Source: Eledone cirrhosa (taxonomy: Eukaryota). From it: a stretch of DNA of 64,000 bases. Location of the stretch: the NCBI GenBank assembly GCA_964016885.1, contig OZ024752.1, positions 34,038,001 to 34,102,000 on the forward strand, read 5' to 3'. Each line of letters opens with the position of its first letter. The stretch's first letter is position 1. The notes under the pieces were generated by a model that saw only the letters and a list, made by a program, of their open reading frames with translations, made no database searches and was not told the origin of the DNA. This document shows positions 39,511-53,579 of this stretch, piece by piece. The translations under genes and the position numbers were made by a program.

Positions 39511-42500
39511 GACACTGTCTATGTGTTTAATTCTTTCATTACTGTATGTCTAATGAAAGACACTGTCTATGTGTTTAATCCTTTCATTACTGTATGTCTA
39601 ATGAAAGACACAGTCTATGTGTTTAACCCTTTCATTACTGTATGTCTAATGAAAGACACTGTTTATGTGTTTAATCCTTTCATTACTGTATGTCTAATGA
39701 AAGAGACAGTCTATGTGTTTAACCCTTTCATTACTGTATGTCTAATGAAAGACACTGTCTATGTGTTTAATCCTTTCATTATTGTATGTCTAATGAAAGA
39801 CACTGTTTATGTGTTTAATCCTTTCATTACTGTATGTCTAATAAAAGGGACTGTCTATGTGTTTAACCCTTTCATTACTGTATGTCTAATGAAAGACACT
39901 GTCTATGTGTTTAACCCTTTCATTACTGTATGTCTAATGAAAGACACTGTCTATGTGTTTAACCCTTTCATTACTGTATGTCTAATGAAAGACACAGTCT
40001 ATGTGTTTAATCCTTTCATTACTGTATGTCTAATAAAAGACACAGTCTATGTGTTTAACCGTTTCATTACTGTATGTCTAATGAAAGACACTGTCTATGT
40101 GTTTAACCCTTTCATTACTGTATGTCTAATGAAAGACACTGTCTATGTGTTTAATCCTTTCATTACTGTATGTCTAATGAAAGACACTGTCTATGTGTTT
40201 AATCCTTTCATTACTGTATGTCTAATGAAAGACACAGTCTATGTGTTTAACCCTTTCATTACTGTATGTCTAATGAAAGACACTGTTTATGTGTTTAATC
40301 CTTTCATTACTGTATGTCTAATGAAAGACACAGTCTATGTGTTTAACCCTTTCATTACTGTATGTCTAATGAAAGACACTGTCTATGTGTTTAATCCTTT
40401 CATTACTGTATGTCTAATGAAAGACACTGTTTATGTGTTTAATCCTTTCATTACTGTATGTCTAATGAAAGACACTGTTTATGTGTTTAATCCTTTCATT
40501 ACTGTATGTCTAATAAAAGGGACTGTCTATGTCTTTAACCCTTTCATTACTGTATGTCTAATGAAAGACACTGTCTGTGTTTAACCCTTTCATTACTGTA
40601 TGTCTAATGAAAGACATTGTCTGTGTGTTTAACCCTTTCATTACTGTATGTCTAATGAAAGACTCTGTCTGTGTGTTTAACCCTTTCATTACTGTATGTC
40701 TAATGAAAGAAACTGTCTATGTCTTTAACCCTTTCATTACTGTATGTCTAATGAAAGACACTGTCGATGTCTTTAACCCTTTCATTACTGTATGTCTAAT
40801 GAAAGACACTGTCTATGTCTTTAACCCTTTATTTACTGTATTTGTAATGAAAGACACTGTCTATGTGTTTAATTCTTTCATTACTGTATGTCTATTGAAA
40901 GACACTGTCTATGTTTAATACTTTCATTATTGTATGTCTAATGAAAGACACTGTTTATGTGTTTAATCCTTTCATTACTGTATGTCTAATAAAAGGGACT
41001 GTCTATGTGTTTAACCCTTTCATTACTGTATGTCTAATGAAAGACACTGTCGATGTCTTTAACCCTTTCATTACTGTATGTCTAATGAAAGACACTGTCT
41101 ATGTCTTTAACCCTTTATTTACTGTATTTGTAATGAAAGACACTGTCTATGTGTTTAATTCTTTCATTACTGTATGTCTATTGAAAGACACTGTCTATGT
41201 TTAATACTTTCATTATTGTATGTCTAATGAAAGACACTGTCTATGTGTTTAATCCTTTCATTACTGTATGTCTAATAAAAGGGACTGTCTATGTGTTTAA
41301 CCCTTTCATTACTGTAGGTCTAATGAAAGACACTGTCTATGTGTTTAACCCTTTCATTACTGTATGTCTAATGAAAGACACTGTCTATGTATTTAATCCT
41401 TTCATTACTGTATGTCTAATGAAAGACACTGTCTATGTCTTTAACCCTTTCATTACTGTATGTCTAATGAAAGACACTGTCTGTGTTTAACCCTTCCATT
41501 ACTGTATGTCTAATGAAAGACACTGTCTGTGTGTTTAACCCTTTCATTACTGTATGTCTAATGAAAGACACAGTCTATGTGTTTAATCCTTTCATTACTG
41601 TATGTCTAATGAAAGACACAGTCTATGTGTTTAACCATTTTATTACTGTATGTCTAATGAAAGACACAGTCTATGTGTTTAACCCTTTCATTACTGTATG
41701 TCTAATGAAAGACACTGTCTATGTGTTTAACCCTTTCATTACTGTATGTCTAATGAAAGACACTGTCTATGTGTTTAACCCTTTCATTACTGTATGTCTA
41801 ATGAAAGACACAGTCTATGTGTTTAATCCTTTCATTACTGTATGTCTAATAAAAGACACAGTCTATGTGTTTAACCGTTTCATTACTGTATGTCTAATGA
41901 AAGACACTGTCTATGTGTTTAACCCTTTCATTACTGTATGTCTAATGAAAGACACTGTCTATGTGTTTAATCCTTTCATTACTGTATGTCTAATGAAAGA
42001 CACTGTCTATGTGTTTAATCCTTTCATTACTGTATGTCTAATGAAAGACACAGTCTATGTGTTTAACCCTTTCATTACTGTATGTCTAATGAAAGACACT
42101 GTTTATGTGTTTAATCCTTTCATTACTGTATGTCTAATGAAAGACACAGTCTATATGTTTAACCCTTTCATTACTGTATGTCTAATGAAAGACACTGTCT
42201 ATGTGTTTAATCCTTTCATTACTGTATGTCTAATGAAAGACACTGTTTATGTGTTTAATCCTTTCATTACTGTATGTCTAATGAAAGACACTGTTTATGT
42301 GTTTAATCCTTTCATTACTGTATGTCTAATAAAAGGGACTGTCTATGTCTTTAACCCTTTCATTACTGTATGTCTAATGAAAGACACTGTCTGTGTTTAA
42401 CCCTTTCATTACTGTATGTCTAATGAAAGACATTGTCTGTGTGTTTAACCCTTTCATTACTGTATGTCTAATGAAAGACACTGTCTGTGTGTTTAACCCT

Positions 42501-43799
42501 TTCATTACTGTATGTCTAATGAAAGAAACTGTCTATGTCTTTAACCCTTTCATTACTGTATGTCTAATGAAAGACACTGTCGATGTCTTTAACCCTTTCA
42601 TTACTGTATGTCTAATGAAAGACACTGTCTATGTCTTTAACCCTTTATTTACTGTATTTGTAATGAAAGACACTGTCTATGTGTTTAATTCTTTCATTAC
42701 TGTATGTCTATTGAAAGACACTGTCTATGTTTAATACTTTCATTATTGTATGTCTAATGAAAGACACTGTTTATGTGTTTAATCCTTTCATTACTGTATG
42801 TCTAATAAAAGGGACTGTCTATGTGTTTAACCCTTTCATTACTGTATGTCTAATGAAAGACACTGTCGATGTCTTTAACCCTTTCATTACTGTATGTCTA
42901 ATGAAAGACACTGTCTATGTCTTTAACCCTTTATTTACTGTATTTGTAATGAAAGACACTGTCTATGTGTTTAATTCTTTCATTACTGTATGTCTATTGA
43001 AAGACACTGTCTATGTTTAATACTTTCATTATTGTATGTCTAATGAAAGACACTGTTTATGTGTTTAATCCTTTCATTACTGTATGTCTAATAAAAGGGA
43101 CTGTCTATGTGTTTAACCCTTTCATTACTGTAGGTCTAATGAAAGACACTGTCTATGTGTTTAACCCTTTCATTACTGTATGTCTAATGAAAGACACTGC
43201 CTATGTATTTAATCCTTTCATTACTGTATGTCTAATGAAAGACACTGTCTATGTCTTTAACCCTTTCATTACTGTATGTCTAATGAAAGACACTGTCTGT
43301 GTTTAACCCTTCCATTACTGTATGTCTAATGAAAGACACTGTCTGTGTGTTTAACCCTTTCATTACTGTATGTCTATTGAAAGACACTGTCTGTGTTTAA
43401 CCCTTTCATTACTGTATGTCTAATGAAAGACATTGTCTGTGTGTTTAACCCTTTCATTACTGTATGTCTAATGAAAGACACTGTCTATGTGTTTAATCCT
43501 TTCATTACTGTATGTCTAATGATAGACACTGTTTATGTGTTTAATCCTTTCATTACTGTAGGTCTAATGAAAGACACTGTTTATGTGTTTAATCCTTTCA
43601 TTACTGTATGTCTAATAAAAGGGACTGTCTATGTGTTTAACCCTTTCATTACTGTATGTCTAATGAAAGACACTGTCTATGTGTTTAACCCTTTCATTAC
43701 TGTATGTCTAATGAAAGACACTGTCTATGTATTTAATCCTTTCATTACTGTAAGTCTAATGAAAGACACTGTCTGTGTTTAACCCTTTCATTACTGTAT

Positions 43800-46700
43800 G
43801 TCTAATGAAAGACACAGTCTATGTGTTTAATCCTTTCATTACTGTATGTCTAATGAAAGACACAGTCTATGTGTTTAATCCTTTCATTACTGTATGTCTA
43901 ATGAAAGACACAGTCTGTGTTTAACCCTTTCATTACTGTATGTCTAATGAAAGACACTGTCTGTGTGTTTAACCCTTTCATTACTGTATGTCTAATGAAA
44001 GACACAGTCTATGTGTTTAATCCTTTCATTACTGTATGTCTAATAAAAGACACAGTCTATGTGTTTAACCGTTTCATTACTGTATGTCTAATGAAAGACA
44101 CTGTCTATGTGTTTAACCCTTTCATTACTGTATGTCTAATGAAAGACACTGTCTATGTGTTTAATCCTTTCATTACTGTATGTCTAATGAAAGACACTGT
44201 CTATGTGTTTAATCCTTTCATTACTGTATGTCTAATGAAAGACACAGTCTATGTGTTTAACCCTTTCATTACTGTATGTCTAATGAAAGACACTGTTTAT
44301 GTGTTTAATCCTTTCATTACTGTATGTCTAATGAAAGACACAGTCTATGTGTTTAACCCTTTCATTACTGTATGTCTAATGAAAGACACTGTCTATGTGT
44401 TTAATCCTTTCATTACTGTATGTCTAATGAAAGACACTGTTTATGTGTTTAATCCTTTCATTACTGTATGTCTAATGAAAGACACTGTTTATGTGTTTAA
44501 TCCTTTCATTACTGTATGTCTAATAAAAGGGACTGTCTATGTCTTTAACCCTTTCATTACTGTATGTCTAATGAAAGACACTGTCTGTGTTTAACCCTTT
44601 CATTACTGTATGTCTAATGAAAGACATTGTCTGTGTCTTTAACCCTTTCATTACTGTATGTCTAATGAAAGACACTGTCTATGTCTTTAACCCTTTATTT
44701 ACTGTATTTGTAATGAAAGACACTGTCTATGTGTTTAATTCTTTCATTACTGTATGTCTATTGAAAGACACTGTCTATGTTTAATACTTTCATTATTGTA
44801 TGTCTAATGAAAGACACTGTTTATGTGTTTAATCCTTTCATTACTGTATGTCTAATAAAAGGGACTGTCTATGTGTTTAACCCTTTCATTATTGTAGGTC
44901 TAATGAAAGACACTGTCTATGTGTTTAACCCTTTCATTACTGTATGTCTAATGAAAGACACTGTCTATGTATTTAATCCTTTCATTACTGTATGTCTAAT
45001 GAAAGACACTGTCTATGTCTTTAACCCTTTCATTACTGTATGTCTAATGAAAGACACTGTCTGTGTTTAACCCTTCCATTACTGTATGTCTAATGAAAGA
45101 CACTGTCTGTGTGTTTAACCCTTTCATTACTGTATGTCTAATGAAAGACACAGTCTATGTGTTTAACCCTTTTATTACTGTATGTCTAATGAAAGACACA
45201 GTCTATGTGTTTAACCCTTTCATTACTGTATGTCTAATGAAAGACACTGTCTATGTGTTTAACCCTTTCATTACTGTATGTCTAATGAAAGACACAGTCT
45301 ATGTGTTTAATCCTTTCATTACTGTATGTCTAATGAAAGACACAGTCTATGTGTTTAATCCTTTCATTACTGTATGTCTAATGAAAGACACAGTCTATGT
45401 GTTTAATCCTTTCATTACTGTATGTCTAATGAAAGACACAGTCTGTGTTTAACCCTTTCATTACTGTATGTCTAATGAAAGACACTGTCTGTGTGTTTAA
45501 CCCTTTCATTACTGTATGTCTAATGAAAGACACAGTCTATGTGTTTAATCCTTTCATTACTGTATGTCTAATAAAAGACACAGTCTATGTGTTTAACCGT
45601 TTCATTACTGTATGTCTAATGAAAGACACTGTCTATGTGTTTAACCCTTTCATTACTGTATGTCTAATGAAAGACACTGTCTATGTGTTTAATCCTTTCA
45701 TTACTGTATGTCTAATGAAAGACACTGTCTATGTGTTTAATCCTTTCATTACTGTATGTCTAATGAAAGACACAGTCTATGTGTTTAACCCTTTCATTAC
45801 TGTATGTCTAATGAAAGACACTGTTTATGTGTTTAATCCTTTCATTACTGTATGTCTAATGAAAGACACAGTCTATGTGTTTAACCCTTTCATTACTGTA
45901 TGTCTAATGAAAGACACTGTCTATGTGTTTAATCCTTTCATTACTGTATGTCTAATGAAAGACACTGTTTATGTGTTTAATCCTTTCATTACTGTATGTC
46001 TAATGAAAGACACTGTTTATGTGTTTAATCCTTTCATTACTGTATGTCTAATAAAAGGGACTGTCTATGTCTTTAACCCTTTCATTACTGTATGTCTAAT
46101 GAAAGACACTGTCTGTGTTTAACCCTTTCATTACTGTATGTCTAATGAAAGACATTGTCTGTGTCTTTAACCCTTTCATTACTGTATGTCTAATGAAAGA
46201 CACTGTCTATGTCTTTAACCCTTTATTTACTGTATTTGTAATGAAAGACACTGTCTATGTGTTTAATTCTTTCATTACTGTATGTCTATTGAAAGACACT
46301 GTCTATGTTTAATACTTTCATTATTGTATGTCTAATGAAAGACACTGTTTATGTGTTTAATCCTTTCATTACTGTATGTCTAATAAAAGGGACTGTCTAT
46401 GTGTTTAACCCTTTCATTATTGTAGGTCTAATGAAAGACACTGTCTATGTGTTTAACCCTTTCATTACTGTATGTCTAATGAAAGACACTGTCTATGTAT
46501 TTAATCCTTTCATTACTGTATGTCTAATGAAAGACACTGTCTATGTCTTTAACCCTTTCATTACTGTATGTCTAATGAAAGACACTGTCTGTGTTTAACC
46601 CTTCCATTACTGTATGTCTAATGAAAGACACTGTCTGTGTGTTTAACCCTTTCATTACTGTATGTCTAATGAAAGACACAGTCTATGTGTTTAACCCTTT

Positions 46701-46900
46701 TATTACTGTATGTCTAATGAAAGACACAGTCTATGTGTTTAACCCTTTCATTACTGTATGTCTAATGAAAGACACTGTCTATGTGTTTAACCCTTTCATT
46801 ACTGTATGTCTAATGAAAGACACAGTCTATGTGTTTAATCCTTTCATTACTGTATGTCTAATGAAAGACACAGTCTATGTGTTTAATCCTTTCATTACTG
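43800..46900 (+). repeat. 1,528-bp tandem duplication within the right-hand domain; boundaries approximate
   Basis: ORF pairs 43917/45445, 44587/46115, 44777/46305 and 45063/46591 are all offset by 1528. Confidence 0.88.
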
Positions 46901-49900
46901 TATGTCTAATGAAAGACACTGTCTATGTGTTTAACCCTTTCATTACTGTATGTCTAATGAAAGACAGGCTATGTGTTTAACCCTTTCATTACTGTATGTC
47001 TAATGAAAGACACAGTCTATGTGTTTAATCCTTTCATTACTGTATGTCTAATGAAAGACACTATGTGTTTAACCCTTTCATTACTGTATTTCTAATGAAA
47101 GACACTGTCTATATGTTTAATCCTTTCATTACTGTATGTCTAATGAAATACACTGTCTATGTGTTTAACCCATTCATTACTGTATGTCTATTGAAAGACA
47201 CTGTCTATGTTGAATCCTTTCATTACTGTATGTCTAATGAAAGACACTGTTTATGTGTTTAATCCTTTCATTACTGTATGTCTAATGAAAGACACTGTTT
47301 ATGTGTTTAATCCTTTCATTACTGTATGTATAATAAAAGGGACTGTCTATGTGTTTAACCCTTTCATTACTGTATGTCTAATGAAAGACACTGTCTATGT
47401 GTTTAATCCTTTCATTACTGTATGTCTAATGAAAGACACTGTCTATGTGTTTAACCCATTCATTACTGTATGTCTATTGAAAGACACTGTCTGTGTTTAA
47501 CCCTTTCATTACTGTATGTCTAATGAAAGACATTGTCTGTGTGTTTAACCCTTTCATTACTGTATGTCTAATGAAAGACACTGTCTATGTGTTTAATCCT
47601 TTCATTACTGTATGCCTAATGATAGACACTGTTTATGTGTTTAATCCTTTCATTACTGTAGGTCTAATGAAAGACACTGTTTATGTGTTTAATCCTTTCA
47701 TTACTGTATGTCTAATAAAAGGGACTGTCTATGTGTTTAACCCTTTCATTACTGTATGTCTAATGAAAGACACTGTCTATGTGTTTAACCCTTTCATTAC
47801 TGTATGTCTAATGAAAGACACTGTCTATGTATTTAATCCTTTCATTACTGTAAGTCTAATGAAAGACACTGTCTGTGTTTAACCCTTTCATTACTGTATG
47901 TCTAATGAAAGACACAGTCTATGTGTTTAATCCTTTCATTACTGTATGTCTAATGAAAGACACAGTCTATGTGTTTAATCCTTTCATTACTGTATGTCTA
48001 ATGAAAGACACAGTCTGTGTTTAACCCTTTCATTACTGTATGTCTAATGAAAGACACTGTTGTGTGTTTAACCCTTTCATTACTGTATGTCTAATGAAAG
48101 ACACAGTCTATGTGTTTAATCCTTTCATTACTGTATGTCTAATAAAAGACACAGTCTATGTGTTTAACCGTTTCATTACTGTATGTCTAATGAAAGACAC
48201 TGTCTATGTGTTTAATTCTTTCATTACTGTATGTCTAATGAAAGACACTGTCTATGTGTTTAATCCTTTCATTACTGTATGTCTAATGAAAGACACAGTC
48301 TATGTGTTTAACCCTTTCATTACTGTATGTCTAATGAAAGACACTGTTTATGTGTTTAATCCTTTCATTACTGTATGTCTAATGAAAGAGACAGTCTATG
48401 TGTTTAACCCTTTCATTACTGTATGTCTAATGAAAGACACTGTCTATGTGTTTAACCCTTTCATTACTGTATGTCTAATGAAAGACACAGTCTATGTGTT
48501 TAACCCTTTTATTACTGTATGTCTAATGAAAGACACAGTCTATGTGTTTAACCATTTTATTACTGTATGTCTAATGAAAGACACAGTCTATGTGTTTAAC
48601 CCTTTCATTACTGTATGTCTAATGAAAGACACTGTCTATGTGTTTAACCCTTTCATTACTGTATGTCTAATGAAAGACACTGTCTATGTGTTTAACCCTT
48701 TCATTACTGTATGTCTAATGAAAGACACAGTCTATGTGTTTAATCCTTTCATTACTGTATGTCTAATAAAAGACACAGTCTATGTGTTTAACCGTTTCAT
48801 TACTGTATGTCTAATGAAAGACACTGTCTATGTGTTTAACCCTTTCATTACTGTATGTCTAATGAAAGACACTGTCTATGTGTTTAATCCTTTCATTACT
48901 GTATGTCTAATGAAAGACACTGTCTATGTGTTTAATCCTTTCATTACTGTATGTCTAATGAAAGACACAGTCTATGTGTTTAACCCTTTCATTACTGTAT
49001 GTCTAATGAAAGACACTGTTTATGTGTTTAATCCTTTCATTACTGTATGTCTAATGAAAGACACAGTCTATATGTTTAACCCTTTCATTACTGTATGTCT
49101 AATGAAAGACACTGTCTATGTGTTTAATCCTTTCATTACTGTATGTCTAATGAAAGACACTGTTTATGTGTTTAATCCTTTCATTACTGTATGTCTAATG
49201 AAAGACACTGTTTATGTGTTTAATCCTTTCATTACTGTATGTCTAATAAAAGGGACTGTCTATGTCTTTAACCCTTTCATTACTGTATGTCTAATGAAAG
49301 ACACTGTCTGTGTTTAACCCTTTCATTACTGTATGTCTAATGAAAGACATTGTCTGTGTGTTTAACCCTTTCATTACTGTATGTCTAATGAAAGACACTG
49401 TCTGTGTGTTTAACCCTTTCATTACTGTATGTCTAATGAAAGAAACTGTCTATGTCTTTAACCCTTTCATTACTGTATGTCTAATGAAAGACACTGTCGA
49501 TGTCTTTAACCCTTTCATTACTGTATGTCTAATGAAAGACACTGTCTATGTCTTTAACCCTTTATTTACTGTATTTGTAATGAAAGACACTGTCTATGTG
49601 TTTAATTCTTTCATTACTGTATGTCTATTGAAAGACACTGTCTATGTTTAATACTTTCATTATTGTATGTCTAATGAAAGACACTGTTTATGTGTTTAAT
49701 CCTTTCATTACTGTATGTCTAATAAAAGGGACTGTCTATGTGTTTAACCCTTTCATTACTGTATGTCTAATGAAAGACACTGTCGATGTCTTTAACCCTT
49801 TCATTACTGTATGTCTAATGAAAGACACTGTCTATGTCTTTAACCCTTTATTTACTGTATTTGTAATGAAAGACACTGTCTATGTGTTTAATTCTTTCAT

Positions 49901-52900
49901 TACTGTATGTCTATTGAAAGACACTGTCTATGTTTAATACTTTCATTATTGTATGTCTAATGAAAGACACTGTTTATGTGTTTAATCCTTTCATTACTGT
50001 ATGTCTAATAAAAGGGACTGTCTATGTGTTTAACCCTTTCATTACTGTAGGTCTAATGAAAGACACTGTCTATGTGTTTAACCCTTTCATTACTGTATGT
50101 CTAATGAAAGACACTGCCTATGTATTTAATCCTTTCATTACTGTATGTCTAATGAAAGACACTGTCTATGTCTTTAACCCTTTCATTACTGTATGTCTAA
50201 TGAAAGACACTGTCTGTGTTTAACCCTTCCATTACTGTATGTCTAATGAAAGACACTGTCTGTGTGTTTAACCCTTTCATTACTGTATGTCTATTGAAAG
50301 ACACTGTCTGTGTTTAACCCTTTCATTACTGTATGTCTAATGAAAGACATTGTCTGTGTGTTTAACCCTTTCATTACTGTATGTCTAATGAAAGACACTG
50401 TCTATGTGTTTAATCCTTTCATTACTGTATGTCTAATGATAGACACTGTTTATGTGTTTAATCCTTTCATTACTGTAGGTCTAATGAAAGACACTGTTTA
50501 TGTGTTTAATCCTTTCATTACTGTATGTCTAATAAAAGGGACTGTCTATGTGTTTAACCCTTTCATTACTGTATGTCTAATGAAAGACACTGTCTATGTG
50601 TTTAACCCTTTCATTACTGTATGTCTAATGAAAGACACTGTCTATGTATTTAATCCTTTCATTACTGTAAGTCTAATGAAAGACACTGTCTGTGTTTAAC
50701 CCTTTCATTACTGTATGTCTAATGAAAGACACAGTCTATGTGTTTAATCCTTTCATTACTGTATGTCTAATGAAAGACACAGTCTATGTGTTTAATCCTT
50801 TCATTACTGTATGTCTAATGAAAGACACAGTCTGTGTTTAACCCTTTCATTACTGTATGTCTAATGAAAGACACTGTCTGTGTGTTTAACCCTTTCATTA
50901 CTGTATGTCTAATGAAAGACACAGTCTATGTGTTTAATCCTTTCATTACTGTATGTCTAATAAAAGACACAGTCTATGTGTTTAACCGTTTCATTACTGT
51001 ATGTCTAATGAAAGACACTGTCTATGTGTTTAACCCTTTCATTACTGTATGTCTAATGAAAGACACTGTCTATGTGTTTAATCCTTTCATTACTGTATGT
51101 CTAATGAAAGACACTGTCTATGTGTTTAATCCTTTCATTACTGTATGTCTAATGAAAGACACAGTCTATGTGTTTAACCCTTTCATTACTGTATGTCTAA
51201 TGAAAGACACTGTTTATGTGTTTAATCCTTTCATTACTGTATGTCTAATGAAAGACACAGTCTATGTGTTTAACCCTTTCATTACTGTATGTCTAATGAA
51301 AGACACTGTCTATGTGTTTAATCCTTTCATTACTGTATGTCTAATGAAAGACACTGTTTATGTGTTTAATCCTTTCATTACTGTATGTCTAATGAAAGAC
51401 ACTGTTTATGTGTTTAATCCTTTCATTACTGTATGTCTAATAAAAGGGACTGTCTATGTCTTTAACCCTTTCATTACTGTATGTCTAATGAAAGACACTG
51501 TCTGTGTTTAACCCTTTCATTACTGTATGTCTAATGAAAGACATTGTCTGTGTCTTTAACCCTTTCATTACTGTATGTCTAATGAAAGACACTGTCTATG
51601 TCTTTAACCCTTTATTTACTGTATTTGTAATGAAAGACACTGTCTATGTGTTTAATTCTTTCATTACTGTATGTCTATTGAAAGACACTGTCTATGTTTA
51701 ATACTTTCATTATTGTATGTCTAATGAAAGACACTGTTTATGTGTTTAATCCTTTCATTACTGTATGTCTAATAAAAGGGACTGTCTATGTGTTTAACCC
51801 TTTCATTATTGTAGGTCTAATGAAAGACACTGTCTATGTGTTTAACCCTTTCATTACTGTATGTCTAATGAAAGACACTGTCTATGTATTTAATCCTTTC
51901 ATTACTGTATGTCTAATGAAAGACACTGTCTATGTCTTTAACCCTTTCATTACTGTATGTCTAATGAAAGACACTGTCTGTGTTTAACCCTTCCATTACT
52001 GTATGTCTAATGAAAGACACTGTCTGTGTGTTTAACCCTTTCATTACTGTATGTCTAATGAAAGACACAGTCTATGTGTTTAACCCTTTTATTACTGTAT
52101 GTCTAATGAAAGACACAGTCTATGTGTTTAACCCTTTCATTACTGTATGTCTAATGAAAGACACTGTCTATGTGTTTAACCCTTTCATTACTGTATGTCT
52201 AATGAAAGACACAGTCTATGTGTTTAATCCTTTCATTACTGTATGTCTAATGAAAGACACAGTCTATGTGTTTAATCCTTTCATTACTGTATGTCTAATG
52301 AAAGACACTGTCTATGTGTTTAACCCTTTCATTACTGTATGTCTAATGAAAGACAGGCTATGTGTTTAACCCTTTCATTACTGTATGTCTAATGAAAGAC
52401 ACAGTCTATGTGTTTAATCCTTTCATTACTGTATGTCTAATGAAAGACACTATGTGTTTAACCCTTTCATTACTGTATTTCTAATGAAAGACACTGTCTA
52501 TATGTTTAATCCTTTCATTACTGTATGTCTAATGAAATACACTGTCTATGTGTTTAACCCATTCATTACTGTATGTCTATTGAAAGACACTGTCTATGTT
52601 GAATCCTTTCATTACTGTATGTCTAATGAAAGACACTGTTTATGTGTTTAATCCTTTCATTACTGTATGTCTAATGAAAGACACTGTTTATGTGTTTAAT
52701 CCTTTCATTACTGTATGTATAATAAAAGGGACTGTCTATGTGTTTAACCCTTTCATTACTGTATGTCTAATGAAAGACACTGTCTATGTGTTTAATCCTT
52801 TCATTACTGTATGTCTAATGAAAGACACTGTCTATGTGTTTAACCCATTCATTACTGTATGTCTATTGAAAGACACTGTCTGTGTTTAACCCTTTCATTA

Positions 52901-53579
52901 CTGTATGTCTAATGAAAGACATTGTCTGTGTGTTTAACCCTTTCATTACTGTATGTCTAATGAAAGACACTGTCTATGTGTTTAATCCTTTCATTACTGT
53001 ATGCCTAATGATAGACACTGTTTATGTGTTTAATCCTTTCATTACTGTAGGTCTAATGAAAGACACTGTTTATGTGTTTAATCCTTTCATTACTGTATGT
53101 CTAATAAAAGGGACTGTCTATGTGTTTAACCCTTTCATTACTGTATGTCTAATGAAAGACACTGTCTATGTGTTTAACCCTTTCATTACTGTATGTCTAA
53201 TGAAAGACACTGTCTATGTATTTAATCCTTTCATTACTGTAAGTCTAATGAAAGACACTGTCTGTGTTTAACCCTTTCATTACTGTATGTCTAATGAAAG
53301 ACACAGTCTATGTGTTTAATCCTTTCATTACTGTATGTCTAATGAAAGACACAGTCTATGTGTTTAATCCTTTCATTACTGTATGTCTAATGAAAGACAC
53401 AGTCTGTGTTTAACCCTTTCATTACTGTATGTCTAATGAAAGACACTGTTGTGTGTTTAACCCTTTCATTACTGTATGTCTAATGAAAGACACAGTCTAT
53501 GTGTTTAATCCTTTCATTACTGTATGTCTAATAAAAGACACAGTCTATGTGTTTAACCGTTTCATTACTGTATGTCTAA